DNA of 64,000 nucleotides from Candidatus Cloacimonadota bacterium (GCA_018645365.1 JABGOP010000001.1:80118-144117), one strand, 5' to 3'. Shown: positions 31,548 through 41,945, counted from the stretch's first letter. The notes: generated by a model not told the origin, from the letters alone. Made by a program: numbers and translations.

Positions 31548-32153
31548 TTATTTCCTTATTCGAACTATTTTTCTCTCGCCGATTTCAGGGTGGCTTACAT
31601 TAAATATTTCCACTTTTGTGAATTGTTCCACATCATCCATTTTTTTGCTTTTATACAAAATTATTTCACCATCATCTTTCAATAACTTCAACATCCATTT
31701 TTTGAATTTTGGCAAAATTTTCACCGAACGACAGACAATTACATCAAACGATTTAAGCCACTCTTCATCCATATCTTCGAGCCGTGAAACAATCGTGAAA
31801 CATCTTTTTAAGTCAAGTTTTTTAATTATTTTTTCTACCGACTGCATCTTTTTTTGTCTCGAATCCAACAAATAAACTTCTGCATTTGGGTATAATATCT
31901 TGAGTGGAATTCCAGGTAAACCTCCACCTGTTCCAAAATCGAGAATTTTTTTATTCGAAAAATCGAAATGCTCAGTTAACAAAATAGAGTCTAAAAAGTG
32001 AATTGTCCAAAAATCTTCAGGGTTTGTTTTGCGAGAAACAAGGTTAATCATGGCGTTTTCTTCTAACAAAAATTGATGATATTTTTGGAAAAGTTCCATC
32101 TTCTTTTCTTTTGATATTTTCTTTAAATAATTTCTAAAAATTTCTTTTTTCAT
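31548..32153 (-). CDS. rsmG: 16S rRNA (guanine527-N7)-methyltransferase RsmG
   Basis: DFGTGGGLPGIPL SAM motif and rsmG-parA-parB synteny. I prefer the ATG at 32153, because the TTG at 32180 abuts a TTGACA box. Confidence 0.85.
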   Translation of the reverse strand: MKKEIFRNYLKKISKEKKMELFQKYHQFLLEENAMINLVSRKTNPEDFWTIHFLDSILLTEHFDFSNKKILDFGTGGGLPGIPLKILYPNAEVYLLDSRQKKMQSVEKIIKKLDLKRCFTIVSRLEDMDEEWLKSFDVIVCRSVKILPKFKKWMLKLLKDDGEIILYKSKKMDDVEQFTKVEIFNVSHPEIGERKIVRIRK

Positions 32154-32206
32154 AACTTGCACACTGCTATTTTTAGACAATTGATGTCAAGTGGAAAATG
32201 TGGAAT

Positions 32207-34513
32207 TTATTTCTTCAAACGCACCTTAAACTTTCGGATACACCGATTACCATTTTTATCGATAACTTCCAAAATGTGATTGCCTTCTGAAAAAGTAATT
32301 GCCTTGCTATGCTTGGTGGTAGATGTACCCAGATAAATATCATCTAAATACCAAAAAACTGTACTTTTTTTCTTTTGATGAACAAGTTTTACCGTTATTT
32401 TTTGTAATTTTCCGCCGATATCTCGTGGAATCCACAAGCAACTATTTTCGATTGGATAAGTGATTTCAATAAAATTATGATGTGGATGGGTTGTACATTT
32501 TTCGTTATGGGGTGGCAACTTGGAAATATTGTGACCACACTCATGCAAATATTGCGTAATGTGAGGCGGATAAATCGACACATTTTTACTTTTATAACTG
32601 TCCGCATCCCAACACATCGAACAAACCTCGTTTTCGTCAGTTTCTGAAACAAATATCTTTTGATGATACGGACACTTTTTTACAGTTTTGTTAATGTTGG
32701 GTGATAAAACCCACAGCGTATCAGAACAATTTACACCCGCCAGAAATCCTGTTTCTTTGCAAATCCCAATATAATTCATCTCTTCGGAAGGTATTTCGAA
32801 CCACTTTGCTGTTTTTGGAAGCGAGTTATAAATATCAAACAAAATTGGCCCCGCAGACCGTGCACCGCCAATAGCCGGATTTCCTTCGCCGGTAAAGTTT
32901 CCCACCCAAACCGCAATTGTCCAGTCGGGACTAACGCCAACTGCCCACGCATCGCGATTGCCAAAGCTTGTACCAGTTTTCCACGAAAGAGGGTATTGAT
33001 TTTCGTATTGATGCCAATAAAATTCATCACCTGGACGCTTTAACTTTTTTAAAATATCCAAAGTAAGATAACACGCCCCCGGACTTAAAATTGGTTGTTT
33101 AAATTGTTTCTCAATGTCAGATTCAATGATTTTCAAAGCCGAGAACTTACCATAATTTGCCAGTCCACGATACAACATTGCCAAATCATATAAATTTGTT
33201 TCTGCACCACCAATAATTAATGAAAGACCGTAATCACCTGCATTTCGAAAGAGAGTGCTCACGCCAGCAGATTGCAAAAAATTATAAAAATCTGCAATTC
33301 CATAGGTATTCAAAAGTCGAACTGCTGGTATATTTTTAGAATAAATCAACGCATTTTCCGCTGTTATCAACCCTTCAAATTTATGGTCGGCATTTTCTGG
33401 TGAAAAAGAACCAAAATAAGTGGGCACATCTTTAATTAATGTTTGTGGAAGAATAATGCCATCCTCAATGCAAAGTGCATATAAAAATGGTTTTAGGATC
33501 GAGCCAGATGACCGCGATGCTTTCACGCCATCTACCTGACCACCAAATTCATTATCCCAAAAATTTTGTGAACCAATGTAGCCTCGAATTTTTCCAGTTT
33601 TTGTTTCGACGATAATCGCGGCAGCATTATTTACACCCTGCATTTTTTGCAATACATTATATTGCTTAATTATCTTTTCTGTCTTTTTTTGAATTTCGTT
33701 ATTAATCGTGCTTTTAACTGATTTTCCGCGATATTTATTATGTAAACTTCTCGCAATATGATTAGCTTTTTGTTCAATTATATAGATTTTTTTCGGAGTT
33801 GGTTCACGCACGCTGAGTGTAAAAGTTTCTGCATCTATCACATTTTTTTCAAAAAGCATTTTCAATAATTTATTGCGTTTTGCGATTAATTTTTCCTGGT
33901 TTTTCCCGGGTGAAATAATGGCAGGAGAATTGGGCAAAATTGCCAAAGTTGCGGCTTCTCCCCAACTGAGTTGCTCTGGTTTTTTGCGAAAATATTTGAA
34001 TGATGCCGCCTGAAATCCGATAATATTTCCACCGTACGGAGCGTTATCGAGATACATTTGCAAAATTTCATCTTTTGAAAAACGGGTTTCAATTTTTATT
34101 GCTAGCAAAATTTCCCTAAATTTATACCAATATGTGCGTGCTTTGGGATTGGAAATTCTCGCCAATTGCATCGTGATGGTACTACCACCACTCATAATTT
34201 TTCGATAACGAATATTCAAGTAAAGACCACGAAAAAGTGCCAACGGATTTACGCCAAAATGAGAATAAAAATGTTTATCTTCGAAGGTAAGAACTGCTAG
34301 TTTTAACTTTCGTGGAATAACAATAGTTGTATCGGGTGGAAAGCACCATTGCTCATTTTTATTCAAAAAAGAGTGTAGAATTTCGCCATTTTCTGCAAAA
34401 ATAACGGTACCATATTTTTCTGGTGAAAAAAGAGGCTTCAGCGGAAAAAGTAAATAAATTCCCAAAAACAAAATCGGCATAATCAACATAAAAAGAATAA
34501 TTATTTTTTTCAT
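32207..34513 (-). CDS. pbpC: penicillin-binding protein 1C
   Basis: GT51 motifs FEDKHFYSHFGVNP and GGSTITMQLAR. Transpeptidase motifs SILKP (SxxK) and KTGTS. Has the C-terminal PBP1C-type domain. The ATG at 34513 follows AGGAG. Confidence 0.9.
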   Translation of the reverse strand: MKKIIILFMLIMPILFLGIYLLFPLKPLFSPEKYGTVIFAENGEILHSFLNKNEQWCFPPDTTIVIPRKLKLAVLTFEDKHFYSHFGVNPLALFRGLYLNIRYRKIMSGGSTITMQLARISNPKARTYWYKFREILLAIKIETRFSKDEILQMYLDNAPYGGNIIGFQAASFKYFRKKPEQLSWGEAATLAILPNSPAIISPGKNQEKLIAKRNKLLKMLFEKNVIDAETFTLSVREPTPKKIYIIEQKANHIARSLHNKYRGKSVKSTINNEIQKKTEKIIKQYNVLQKMQGVNNAAAIIVETKTGKIRGYIGSQNFWDNEFGGQVDGVKASRSSGSILKPFLYALCIEDGIILPQTLIKDVPTYFGSFSPENADHKFEGLITAENALIYSKNIPAVRLLNTYGIADFYNFLQSAGVSTLFRNAGDYGLSLIIGGAETNLYDLAMLYRGLANYGKFSALKIIESDIEKQFKQPILSPGACYLTLDILKKLKRPGDEFYWHQYENQYPLSWKTGTSFGNRDAWAVGVSPDWTIAVWVGNFTGEGNPAIGGARSAGPILFDIYNSLPKTAKWFEIPSEEMNYIGICKETGFLAGVNCSDTLWVLSPNINKTVKKCPYHQKIFVSETDENEVCSMCWDADSYKSKNVSIYPPHITQYLHECGHNISKLPPHNEKCTTHPHHNFIEITYPIENSCLWIPRDIGGKLQKITVKLVHQKKKSTVFWYLDDIYLGTSTTKHSKAITFSEGNHILEVIDKNGNRCIRKFKVRLKK

Positions 34514-34609
34514 TCTGACTCCTTTTGATTGAATTAACAAAAAGAAAAAACGCCAAAGCCACAAACGGGAGAATTTTCAAATAACTTCGACGTTTTTCCG
34601 AGTTGCATT

Positions 34610-37600
34610 TTACTTCACAACTCTAATTTTTAGAGAAGGTAAATTGGCACTAACTTCGCTGTTATACATTGCTTCACAAAGAGTTGACGGAAGTGTAAAC
34701 TCACCGATTGTTACCGCATTCAATTTCACGAGAAAATATTTAGCAGAGTTGCCACGCATATCAAAAAACCACATAATTCGATCATCGCGAATATCCACAA
34801 AATCTTCTTGTCTGAGTATTTTATCTTTGAATTTCGTCTGTTCTTCATCAAGTAAACGCATGTTTTCAATTTCCCAACCAGACGGCAAAATTTGGTTTAA
34901 AGCTATTTCATCGATAGCATGCCTATCTTTATTTTCCACTTTGAAAAATCCGTAAAAAATTGTATTTTGCTTCAATTCAGTTGGATTAATCACTTTTTTA
35001 TCTTCCGAATACCATGCCACATCTACAAAAATGCCATTTTGCTTTTTCTTATTTTTGGGATTCAGAGGAACACCGCTCCAATTCATTGTCGCAAAAATTT
35101 TTTCCAGTTTTGAATTACTATCAAGTCGAATTTTTACCGTTTTCCCGAAAGAATTAGGGATGTTTTTGGAAACTAAAAACTCATCTGAATCGAAAGTAAT
35201 TTTTTCGCCATTTGGCAAATACATTTTACCTTTTAATTTTGCATCTTCATTAAATTGAGCAAAATTGCGATTAATATATTTTCCCAAAGCAAGCAACACA
35301 TAACCAGTTGTGTGAGTAGAATACCAATCTTTGGTTGAAATTTTGCGCACAATTTCTCGATACATTTCTTCAGATTTCTTTTGTTCGTCCATTATAATTA
35401 GAGCATCTAAAATCATTGCTTTATCACGCAATGTGCTGCCGTAAGTGCCGCCAAATTCCGAAAAATTCAGTACTTTCAAACCTGTTGTTTGGGCAATTTT
35501 TTCGGCAGTTCGTGAAATACCCGCCAATTTGTAAGATGCAGCCAACAACCAACGCTCCACATCACTCATTTGACCAAGCTCATTTTCTTTCAGCAAATTC
35601 ATCGCACCAATTTCCGCATTATCGGAAAGCGCCAAAACATACAAACGGTAAACGCGAGTTTTCAAATTTTCCACTTGTGAGTTTGTAATTGCCATCGACT
35701 GTTGAAATTTGACCCAATTTGCCAGAAGTTCAGAAGGCACAAAATAACCAAGCCTTTGTGCTTCCACGAGAAAATGTCCCGCATAATTTGTATTCCATTT
35801 TGAAACCCCCAAACCACCAGGCCAATATGAAAATCCTCCGTTCGGCTGTTGAAATTTACGCAATCGCTGAATTCCCATGTTGATATTTTTGTCAATCTCC
35901 TCATTCGTGGTTTGTGCATTTTTCAAAAAAGATTTTAAGTATAATTGTGGAAAAACAGCTGATGTCGTCTGTTCAAGACAACCATACGGGTATTGCATCA
36001 ACCAATTTAAGCGATGAGAAAGATTTACTTTTGGCATTCTTGCAATCGTGATTGTCGCTTCATTTGTCCCTTTTATACCATCATTGGGGATTTTAAAGAT
36101 AATTTCTTCGCCTCTTTTACACTCTTTTTCGGTGAAATTGGAAAGACGTGGAGAATTTGGTCGAGAAGCAATTTCTATTTTGTAAAAAGCTTCAAAATTT
36201 TCGGAAATTGCCCTTACTGTAATATTTCCAATGCCAATTTCGTTTTTTACGCGTAAATTAAAAGCAACATCTTGTTCACCAATTTTTGGAAAAAATGCTG
36301 CTTTATCGTGTTCGCCAACTATTTGAAGCGGACCATCAACTTCAATACTTACGCTCACATTTTTGATTTTCTCATTTGTGGCAAAAACTGTAACCGGGAG
36401 TTGAAACTCATCTTGTGGCGCAACTACTCGCGGTACAGTTGGCAAAACCATCAATTCACTTTTTACGGGCACTGTTTTTTCTGCCATTCCGTATTTTTCT
36501 TTTTTAGCTGAAAGAACCATCACCCGCACTGCTCCAACATATTCAGGTAACTCAAAATCGATTTTCGCATAACCACCTTCATCTGTTTGAAGTGGACCTT
36601 TGAACATTGAAATTGACTTAAATCGCTTTGCTTTAATCGGTGATAATTGATTATCGTCACAAATCCCATAATCACCTCCAACCGAAAATGTTTTGAAAAT
36701 ATCACCCTTATTGGCTCCAATTATTTGCCCATAATTATCAAAGGTATCTACTCCCAAACGCAATTTTTTGTAAAATTCCAGCCATGCGCTTGGTGTCTTA
36801 AAATTAGTTAAACCAAGTAAACCTTCATCAACTACCGCAATCGTAAATTGTGTTTGCTCCCGATTTTCAGTTTGAATTTCACACGAAAATTTTTGATTTG
36901 GTTTCAATTCATTTGGCATTTTAATGTTTAATTTTTGATGAGTAGAGCTATCTTCCACCATAATTGGAACCACACCGAACATTCGAATTGGGCAATCATT
37001 TTCTGTTTGTTTGTGCGGTTGAATTACCGAAACGGAACAGTAAATATTTGGTACCATTTCTTTGGTTATCGGTATCTTTATCGTGGTTTGCTCACCATTT
37101 GGCTCACTCCAATAATTTTTCAAAATTTTATCAGCTTTTTCGAGCATTACAAGAACTTCACTCTCTTTTGAAGCAGAAAAAGTAATGGTTGCGATTTCAC
37201 CAACTGTATATTTTGGTTTATCCGCTTTAATTGTAAGAATTCCAGCATTTTGCATCCCACCTTCATTTCCGCCCCAATATGAAACATAGCTAAAAACAGC
37301 AGCAGAATGACCTTTTTTGGTGGATTTATGAGTAATTTCAATAAGGTATTCTCCTCTTGTTTCTGGAGTAAATTCAAAATAGTGTGGCGCTAACGCGGAA
37401 GAAATTTTTTCCTCAAAAATAAGCTCTGTTTCAGAATCAGTTTTGAAATGCAACCGTGCATAATCACGCGAATCATATTCCCACCACCAATATCTATTAT
37501 TCTTGTAAATGCAAACTTGAAGCTCTTCTCCCACTTTCGGTTGACCATCTTTATCAACTAATATAACATTTGCAGAAAATGGTATTCCAATTTTGCTCCA

Positions 37601-40081
37601 TTTGTCCGACAATGACTCGATGCCAACATAATATTCATAAGGATCAATGTGAAGAAGCTGATTTTTTTTGCTTGAACGACCGCCTTTTTCGAAAACTTCC
37701 GCTTTAATTTTTGCAGTAATAGCAGACGGCACATTTGTTAAATATGGCATTTTCCAGCCAACCTGAAGCATTCCATCATCATTCAAAAAACCATCAAAGA
37801 TTTTTTGATTAAGTGTTTTAAAAATAACCGTTTCGTTACCAAAAAAATAAGTTTTATACTTTGAAAATCTCTTGTTTTGGTGAATAATTTTTGTTTTAAG
37901 AATCGCCTTCAAACCAGCTGCTGGATTGCCAAATAAATAAGCAGATGATAGTGCGATATCGACCACCTTATCCTTCGCTGAAAAGTTCTCTTTTTCCATT
38001 TTAAAATTTATTTTAAGGCGTTCTGGCACAACAGTTTCGATTTTTAATTTATGATAAAAAGTGCTGTTGCCTACCCTTATTTGAACATTCCACCTACCCG
38101 TTAAATCTTCTGAATCGGTTTGATATTTCAAATTGTAAAAACCGTCTTCCGCAGTTTTCAATATTTGTTCAAAAACCAGTTGATTTTTGGGATTGAATAT
38201 TTTTATTTCAACGGGATGATTATCGGGAAATGTATCATTTGCATTTCTCGCTATTATCGAAATATTGACAGCATCACCAGGTCGATAAACCCCACGTTCT
38301 GTGTAGATGAAAACTCGTGTTCCGCCACTTTCAGATTGCACTCCGCCCACATCAAAAGTAGAAAGATTCCAACCCATTTCATCAAGCGTCAAAATACTTT
38401 TGTGCTCATTAAATTCCGCTTCTACAAAAAACACATTAGCGCCATTTTTGGCAAAACTCACTCGTCCAGCTTTGTTTGTAATCAATTCCTCAATAACCTG
38501 ATTTTGGTAACTCTTCAATCTAACTTTTACATTTTGCATTGGTTGAGCAGTCAAAATATTGTTCACAAAAACAATATACTCATCACTTGTTTTTTTGTAA
38601 GTTATTCCCATATCGGTAATTATGAGTGGTTTTACAATTTTCCCATGCTTATGATAATAACCATTTTTCATTGGATTTGTATAGTAGTCAGAACTGTAAT
38701 AATTTTCATCAACTTCTTGCAAACCACTATATAGAATATCATCTTTCGTAAATGATATCTCAATGACAAACAGCCCTTTTTTTGTCGGTGCAATCAAGTC
38801 ACTCAAATCAAGTTCGTGTTGCAACCACTTATTTTTGGTTTTATCACCAATAATGAGTTTTTTTTCAATAATATCCACCCCAACTCGCTTAAAATGCCAA
38901 GAGCCATAGCCATTATGTCTATTTTTATTGCTGTTTAGCTTTTCATTTTGTATGAAAAAGCCGATATTAGATTCGTAAACTTCCTTAATTTTGAGGGTTA
39001 CGGCTTTCACATTTAATGTGCGAAAACAAATTTTATTTTCGTTTGAGGACGGCAATAACATTCCATCATTCGAAAAAATTATTTGTGGTTTTTGGTCACT
39101 AAAATGGAATTTTTTCTTAAATTCAGATACTGTCTTGATGCCAAATTTATTGGAAATACCTGCATTTACGATTACTGAATAACTTTCGCCAAGCTTGAAA
39201 TCTCCGGTTACAATGATTTTTTTACCGATTTTTTTTGTCTCGATTTTCAAATAAGGTTGTACCGAAATTAAACCAGTAATGTCTTGTTGAGAATTTAATT
39301 CATCAGAAAAATCTAGTACAATCGTTGGAAATTGATTATCAAATTTACGGTAAACATTAATCAACTTCATCTCGTGCAATGAGCTTAAACTGAATTTTCT
39401 TTCAAAATTTTCTAATAATTTGAGATTTTTTTTCTCAATTTTTAATGTAAATTCTTTTTCCACATCGGCTCTCTCAACAATCTGCGATTTAAATAAAAAT
39501 TGCTTTGAAGCACCTTCAATTTCCAACTGAATAACCTTATTTCCAATTTTGCATGAAAGTGCTTTTTTGACAGTCGCTAAGTCTGTGGGAATATTGAATT
39601 TAATTTCACCTTCATATCGTAAATTTTTATTCCCGGCATCTGTGTAGATAAAATCGGCATCAAAAAAAATCAATTCACGACCAATAATTTCAAAATCAAA
39701 ATGGAATGATTTTTTCATCAATATCCTACGAAAGATTACATCAAGAACAAGCTCACATTGATATTTTTTTCGCATTTTGAGAGGCTCTTGAGGAATAAAT
39801 TTCAAAGTCTGGCGATCACTCCAAATAGTTTTTCCTTCAATTTTCGGTGAAAATTTAAAAACTTCCTCTTTGGGGGCAGTTCCAATCTGTTCAGATGTTA
39901 TCATCTCGTTCACAAAACGAACCTGAATGGGAGTATTTGGCATAATTTTTCCACTTGTAATTTGATTTATGTAGTGAGCAGCTTCTTGAATATTTCGCAT
40001 TTCGTTTGGTTTTTTATCGCAACCAAAAAATAAAAATACACTCAAAAAAACTATAATTACCGTTTTCCATTGCTGTTTCAT
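34610..40081 (-). CDS. bacterial alpha-2-macroglobulin family lipoprotein (thioester-containing)
   Basis: 1823 aa. Lipobox LFFGCD, thioester motif YPYGCLEQTTS, and the classic adjacency to pbpC. Confidence 0.9.
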   Translation of the reverse strand: MKQQWKTVIIVFLSVFLFFGCDKKPNEMRNIQEAAHYINQITSGKIMPNTPIQVRFVNEMITSEQIGTAPKEEVFKFSPKIEGKTIWSDRQTLKFIPQEPLKMRKKYQCELVLDVIFRRILMKKSFHFDFEIIGRELIFFDADFIYTDAGNKNLRYEGEIKFNIPTDLATVKKALSCKIGNKVIQLEIEGASKQFLFKSQIVERADVEKEFTLKIEKKNLKLLENFERKFSLSSLHEMKLINVYRKFDNQFPTIVLDFSDELNSQQDITGLISVQPYLKIETKKIGKKIIVTGDFKLGESYSVIVNAGISNKFGIKTVSEFKKKFHFSDQKPQIIFSNDGMLLPSSNENKICFRTLNVKAVTLKIKEVYESNIGFFIQNEKLNSNKNRHNGYGSWHFKRVGVDIIEKKLIIGDKTKNKWLQHELDLSDLIAPTKKGLFVIEISFTKDDILYSGLQEVDENYYSSDYYTNPMKNGYYHKHGKIVKPLIITDMGITYKKTSDEYIVFVNNILTAQPMQNVKVRLKSYQNQVIEELITNKAGRVSFAKNGANVFFVEAEFNEHKSILTLDEMGWNLSTFDVGGVQSESGGTRVFIYTERGVYRPGDAVNISIIARNANDTFPDNHPVEIKIFNPKNQLVFEQILKTAEDGFYNLKYQTDSEDLTGRWNVQIRVGNSTFYHKLKIETVVPERLKINFKMEKENFSAKDKVVDIALSSAYLFGNPAAGLKAILKTKIIHQNKRFSKYKTYFFGNETVIFKTLNQKIFDGFLNDDGMLQVGWKMPYLTNVPSAITAKIKAEVFEKGGRSSKKNQLLHIDPYEYYVGIESLSDKWSKIGIPFSANVILVDKDGQPKVGEELQVCIYKNNRYWWWEYDSRDYARLHFKTDSETELIFEEKISSALAPHYFEFTPETRGEYLIEITHKSTKKGHSAAVFSYVSYWGGNEGGMQNAGILTIKADKPKYTVGEIATITFSASKESEVLVMLEKADKILKNYWSEPNGEQTTIKIPITKEMVPNIYCSVSVIQPHKQTENDCPIRMFGVVPIMVEDSSTHQKLNIKMPNELKPNQKFSCEIQTENREQTQFTIAVVDEGLLGLTNFKTPSAWLEFYKKLRLGVDTFDNYGQIIGANKGDIFKTFSVGGDYGICDDNQLSPIKAKRFKSISMFKGPLQTDEGGYAKIDFELPEYVGAVRVMVLSAKKEKYGMAEKTVPVKSELMVLPTVPRVVAPQDEFQLPVTVFATNEKIKNVSVSIEVDGPLQIVGEHDKAAFFPKIGEQDVAFNLRVKNEIGIGNITVRAISENFEAFYKIEIASRPNSPRLSNFTEKECKRGEEIIFKIPNDGIKGTNEATITIARMPKVNLSHRLNWLMQYPYGCLEQTTSAVFPQLYLKSFLKNAQTTNEEIDKNINMGIQRLRKFQQPNGGFSYWPGGLGVSKWNTNYAGHFLVEAQRLGYFVPSELLANWVKFQQSMAITNSQVENLKTRVYRLYVLALSDNAEIGAMNLLKENELGQMSDVERWLLAASYKLAGISRTAEKIAQTTGLKVLNFSEFGGTYGSTLRDKAMILDALIIMDEQKKSEEMYREIVRKISTKDWYSTHTTGYVLLALGKYINRNFAQFNEDAKLKGKMYLPNGEKITFDSDEFLVSKNIPNSFGKTVKIRLDSNSKLEKIFATMNWSGVPLNPKNKKKQNGIFVDVAWYSEDKKVINPTELKQNTIFYGFFKVENKDRHAIDEIALNQILPSGWEIENMRLLDEEQTKFKDKILRQEDFVDIRDDRIMWFFDMRGNSAKYFLVKLNAVTIGEFTLPSTLCEAMYNSEVSANLPSLKIRVVK

Positions 40082-40093
40082 TTTTCCTCCTAT

Positions 40094-40570
40094 CTATCTT
40101 ACTTTTAGCACTAAATAATCGGAAATATTGAGAAATTTTTGTTTAATTTCATCTCCGATTTTTTTCGCTTCGTCGCTTCTATAAAAACCGTTTAATCTCA
40201 ATCGATGATACATCGTTCCAACGCTATTTTTCTTGCTCGAAATATTGGTTTCATAACCAGATTTTTTTAGTTTTTCTTGTTCTTTTTTTAAGCGAGATTT
40301 ATCCGTCACGCAAGAAAGTTGCAAAACATAATTTCGTGATAGCGCTTGCAATGAATCATTTTCTACCACAATATTTATTGAATCAATCATTGTCTCGGTC
40401 ACTTCGATTTTATTTTTTTTTTGCGATTTTAATTGTGTGACTATTTCTGGAACTTCTTCAACATAATCGACCAATAAAATTTCTTCTTCAAATGATAAAT
40501 CTTCCGCAATTTCGTGTTTTGCACAACCAAAAAACATCGCAATTAGCGATAATATTATTAAGTTTTTCAT
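40094..40570 (-). CDS. SPOR-domain lipoprotein
   Basis: Lipobox MFFGCA. The C-terminal SPOR-like block reads YVLQLSCVTDKSRLKKEQEKLKKSGYETNI...YHRLRLNGFYRSDEAKKIGDEIK. Confidence 0.65.
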   Translation of the reverse strand: MKNLIILSLIAMFFGCAKHEIAEDLSFEEEILLVDYVEEVPEIVTQLKSQKKNKIEVTETMIDSINIVVENDSLQALSRNYVLQLSCVTDKSRLKKEQEKLKKSGYETNISSKKNSVGTMYHRLRLNGFYRSDEAKKIGDEIKQKFLNISDYLVLKVR

Positions 40571-40620
40571 CGTTTCTCCTTTGAGGAGCGTACACTTCTG
40601 CACGCCCCTCCATTATTTAA

Positions 40621-41073
40621 TTACAACACTTTTTGAATCCAAACATCATCGATTGAGGCAATTTTTGATTTGATTTCATCACCAATTTTCTTTGCATCTG
40701 AAATATTGAAAATATTGGACAAACGCAATCTGTACCAATTTTCGCCATTAACCACTTTTTTCACTGTTTTGGTTTTGAAACCAAGCTTTTGCAATTCCGA
40801 ACGAACTGCATCCAAATCAGTTGCTTTTTGAGATGCAAATATTTGAATTTCATACTCTTGCGGTTTAGTATTCACAGCGATATCTGCCTCTTTTTCAACA
40901 AATTCAAACGATTCAATTTCCTCCATTTCGACATCTTCTTCCAATTCTGATTCCACAATTTCAGTTTCAAAACCAGTAAACACATCTGCCTTTTCCTCTT
41001 CCTTACCACACCCCTGGACTATCGCGAGCATTGCCACTAAAATCGCGATTACAACTAACATTCTTCGTTTCAT
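40621..41073 (-). CDS. SPOR-domain lipoprotein (paralogue of the previous gene)
   Basis: Lipobox VQGCG, an acidic linker, and a SPOR-like block YEIQIFASQKATDLDAVRSELQKLGFKT...WYRLRLSNIFNISDAKKIGDEIK. Confidence 0.65.
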   Translation of the reverse strand: MKRRMLVVIAILVAMLAIVQGCGKEEEKADVFTGFETEIVESELEEDVEMEEIESFEFVEKEADIAVNTKPQEYEIQIFASQKATDLDAVRSELQKLGFKTKTVKKVVNGENWYRLRLSNIFNISDAKKIGDEIKSKIASIDDVWIQKVL

Positions 41074-41085
41074 TTTTTCCTCCTT

Positions 41086-41646
41086 TTAGTTATTTTGAAC
41101 GGTGAATGTATCAACTTCGTTAATTTCGATATTTTTTCTCATTTTTCTAGTTCCATATTCGCTAATGAATTCTTTAATGTCCTGATCATTCGAGAAAATA
41201 GTATCATTCAGAGAGAGAATTTTTAGTGTAATTTCATTGAAATCTCTGTTCTGCTTGGTATTCAAACCTGCCATTTCTGAACGTAATTCTGCGAGTTGTT
41301 TTTGGTAATTTTTGTTTTGAATTTGGTCTTTCTTTGAGTTTTCTGCGAAATTTTTAACTAATTTTTCGATTTGCGAATTGGAATTTGCGATATTTTCATT
41401 CAATGCAGTCTCAATTCTGACAATTAATTGATTTTGTGTATTCAATTCTGCCAAAAGTTGACGCTGTGCATTTTGCAATTTTTCGATATTTTTCTTGTTT
41501 TGCTTTTCAAATGCACCCATTCTTTGGGACTGCGTTCCTAAATCTTGTCTTCCTCTTTGAATCTGACTGTAAGTTTCCAAGCCTGCCACCCCGAGCAATG
41601 CTAATACCAAAACAATTAGCACCGTGTTTAAATTTGTTCGTAACAT
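41086..41646 (-). CDS. membrane-anchored coiled-coil protein
   Basis: N-terminal TM (VLIVLVLALLGVAGL) followed by Q/N/K-rich heptad-like sequence. AGGAGG precedes the start. Confidence 0.6.
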   Translation of the reverse strand: MLRTNLNTVLIVLVLALLGVAGLETYSQIQRGRQDLGTQSQRMGAFEKQNKKNIEKLQNAQRQLLAELNTQNQLIVRIETALNENIANSNSQIEKLVKNFAENSKKDQIQNKNYQKQLAELRSEMAGLNTKQNRDFNEITLKILSLNDTIFSNDQDIKEFISEYGTRKMRKNIEINEVDTFTVQNN

Positions 41647-41945
41647 GATAACCTCCTTTTCTTTTTTTGTTTTTTGTTTTTCACATCACAATTATGTTAG
41701 TAGCAATTTCCGTTCCATCTGGAAATATTTTTTCTAATCTATTGTATTGAAGGCAGTTATGCTTATTTTATTGAAACCCCAAGCTTCAAGTTTTTAGTGT
41801 TTTTTATAATATTTATGTCTTGTCGCAATATTTATGTTATGTGGCGATGACACATAATTCATCTTCTTTCAACTATAAATTGACAAAGATGTTTGTTTTT
41901 TTTTTATTGAGCATAATTAAATTTTATTCATTTTAGGGAGTTTTA

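Noticed and set aside
38120-38734. 204-aa plus-strand ORF, along with many shorter ones between 34.6 and 40 kb
   Set aside because: It lies entirely antisense to the 1823-aa alpha-2-macroglobulin gene. Its composition is low-complexity and F/I/N-rich, typical of shadow ORFs in AT-rich DNA. It has no RBS or recognisable motif.
41647-41945. Replication origin at the strand-switch gap (rsmG-parAB lie nearby)
   Set aside because: I saw no cluster of TTATCCACA-type DnaA boxes. dnaA, dnaN and rpmH are not in the window. I could not compute GC skew by hand, so this is left as a check only.
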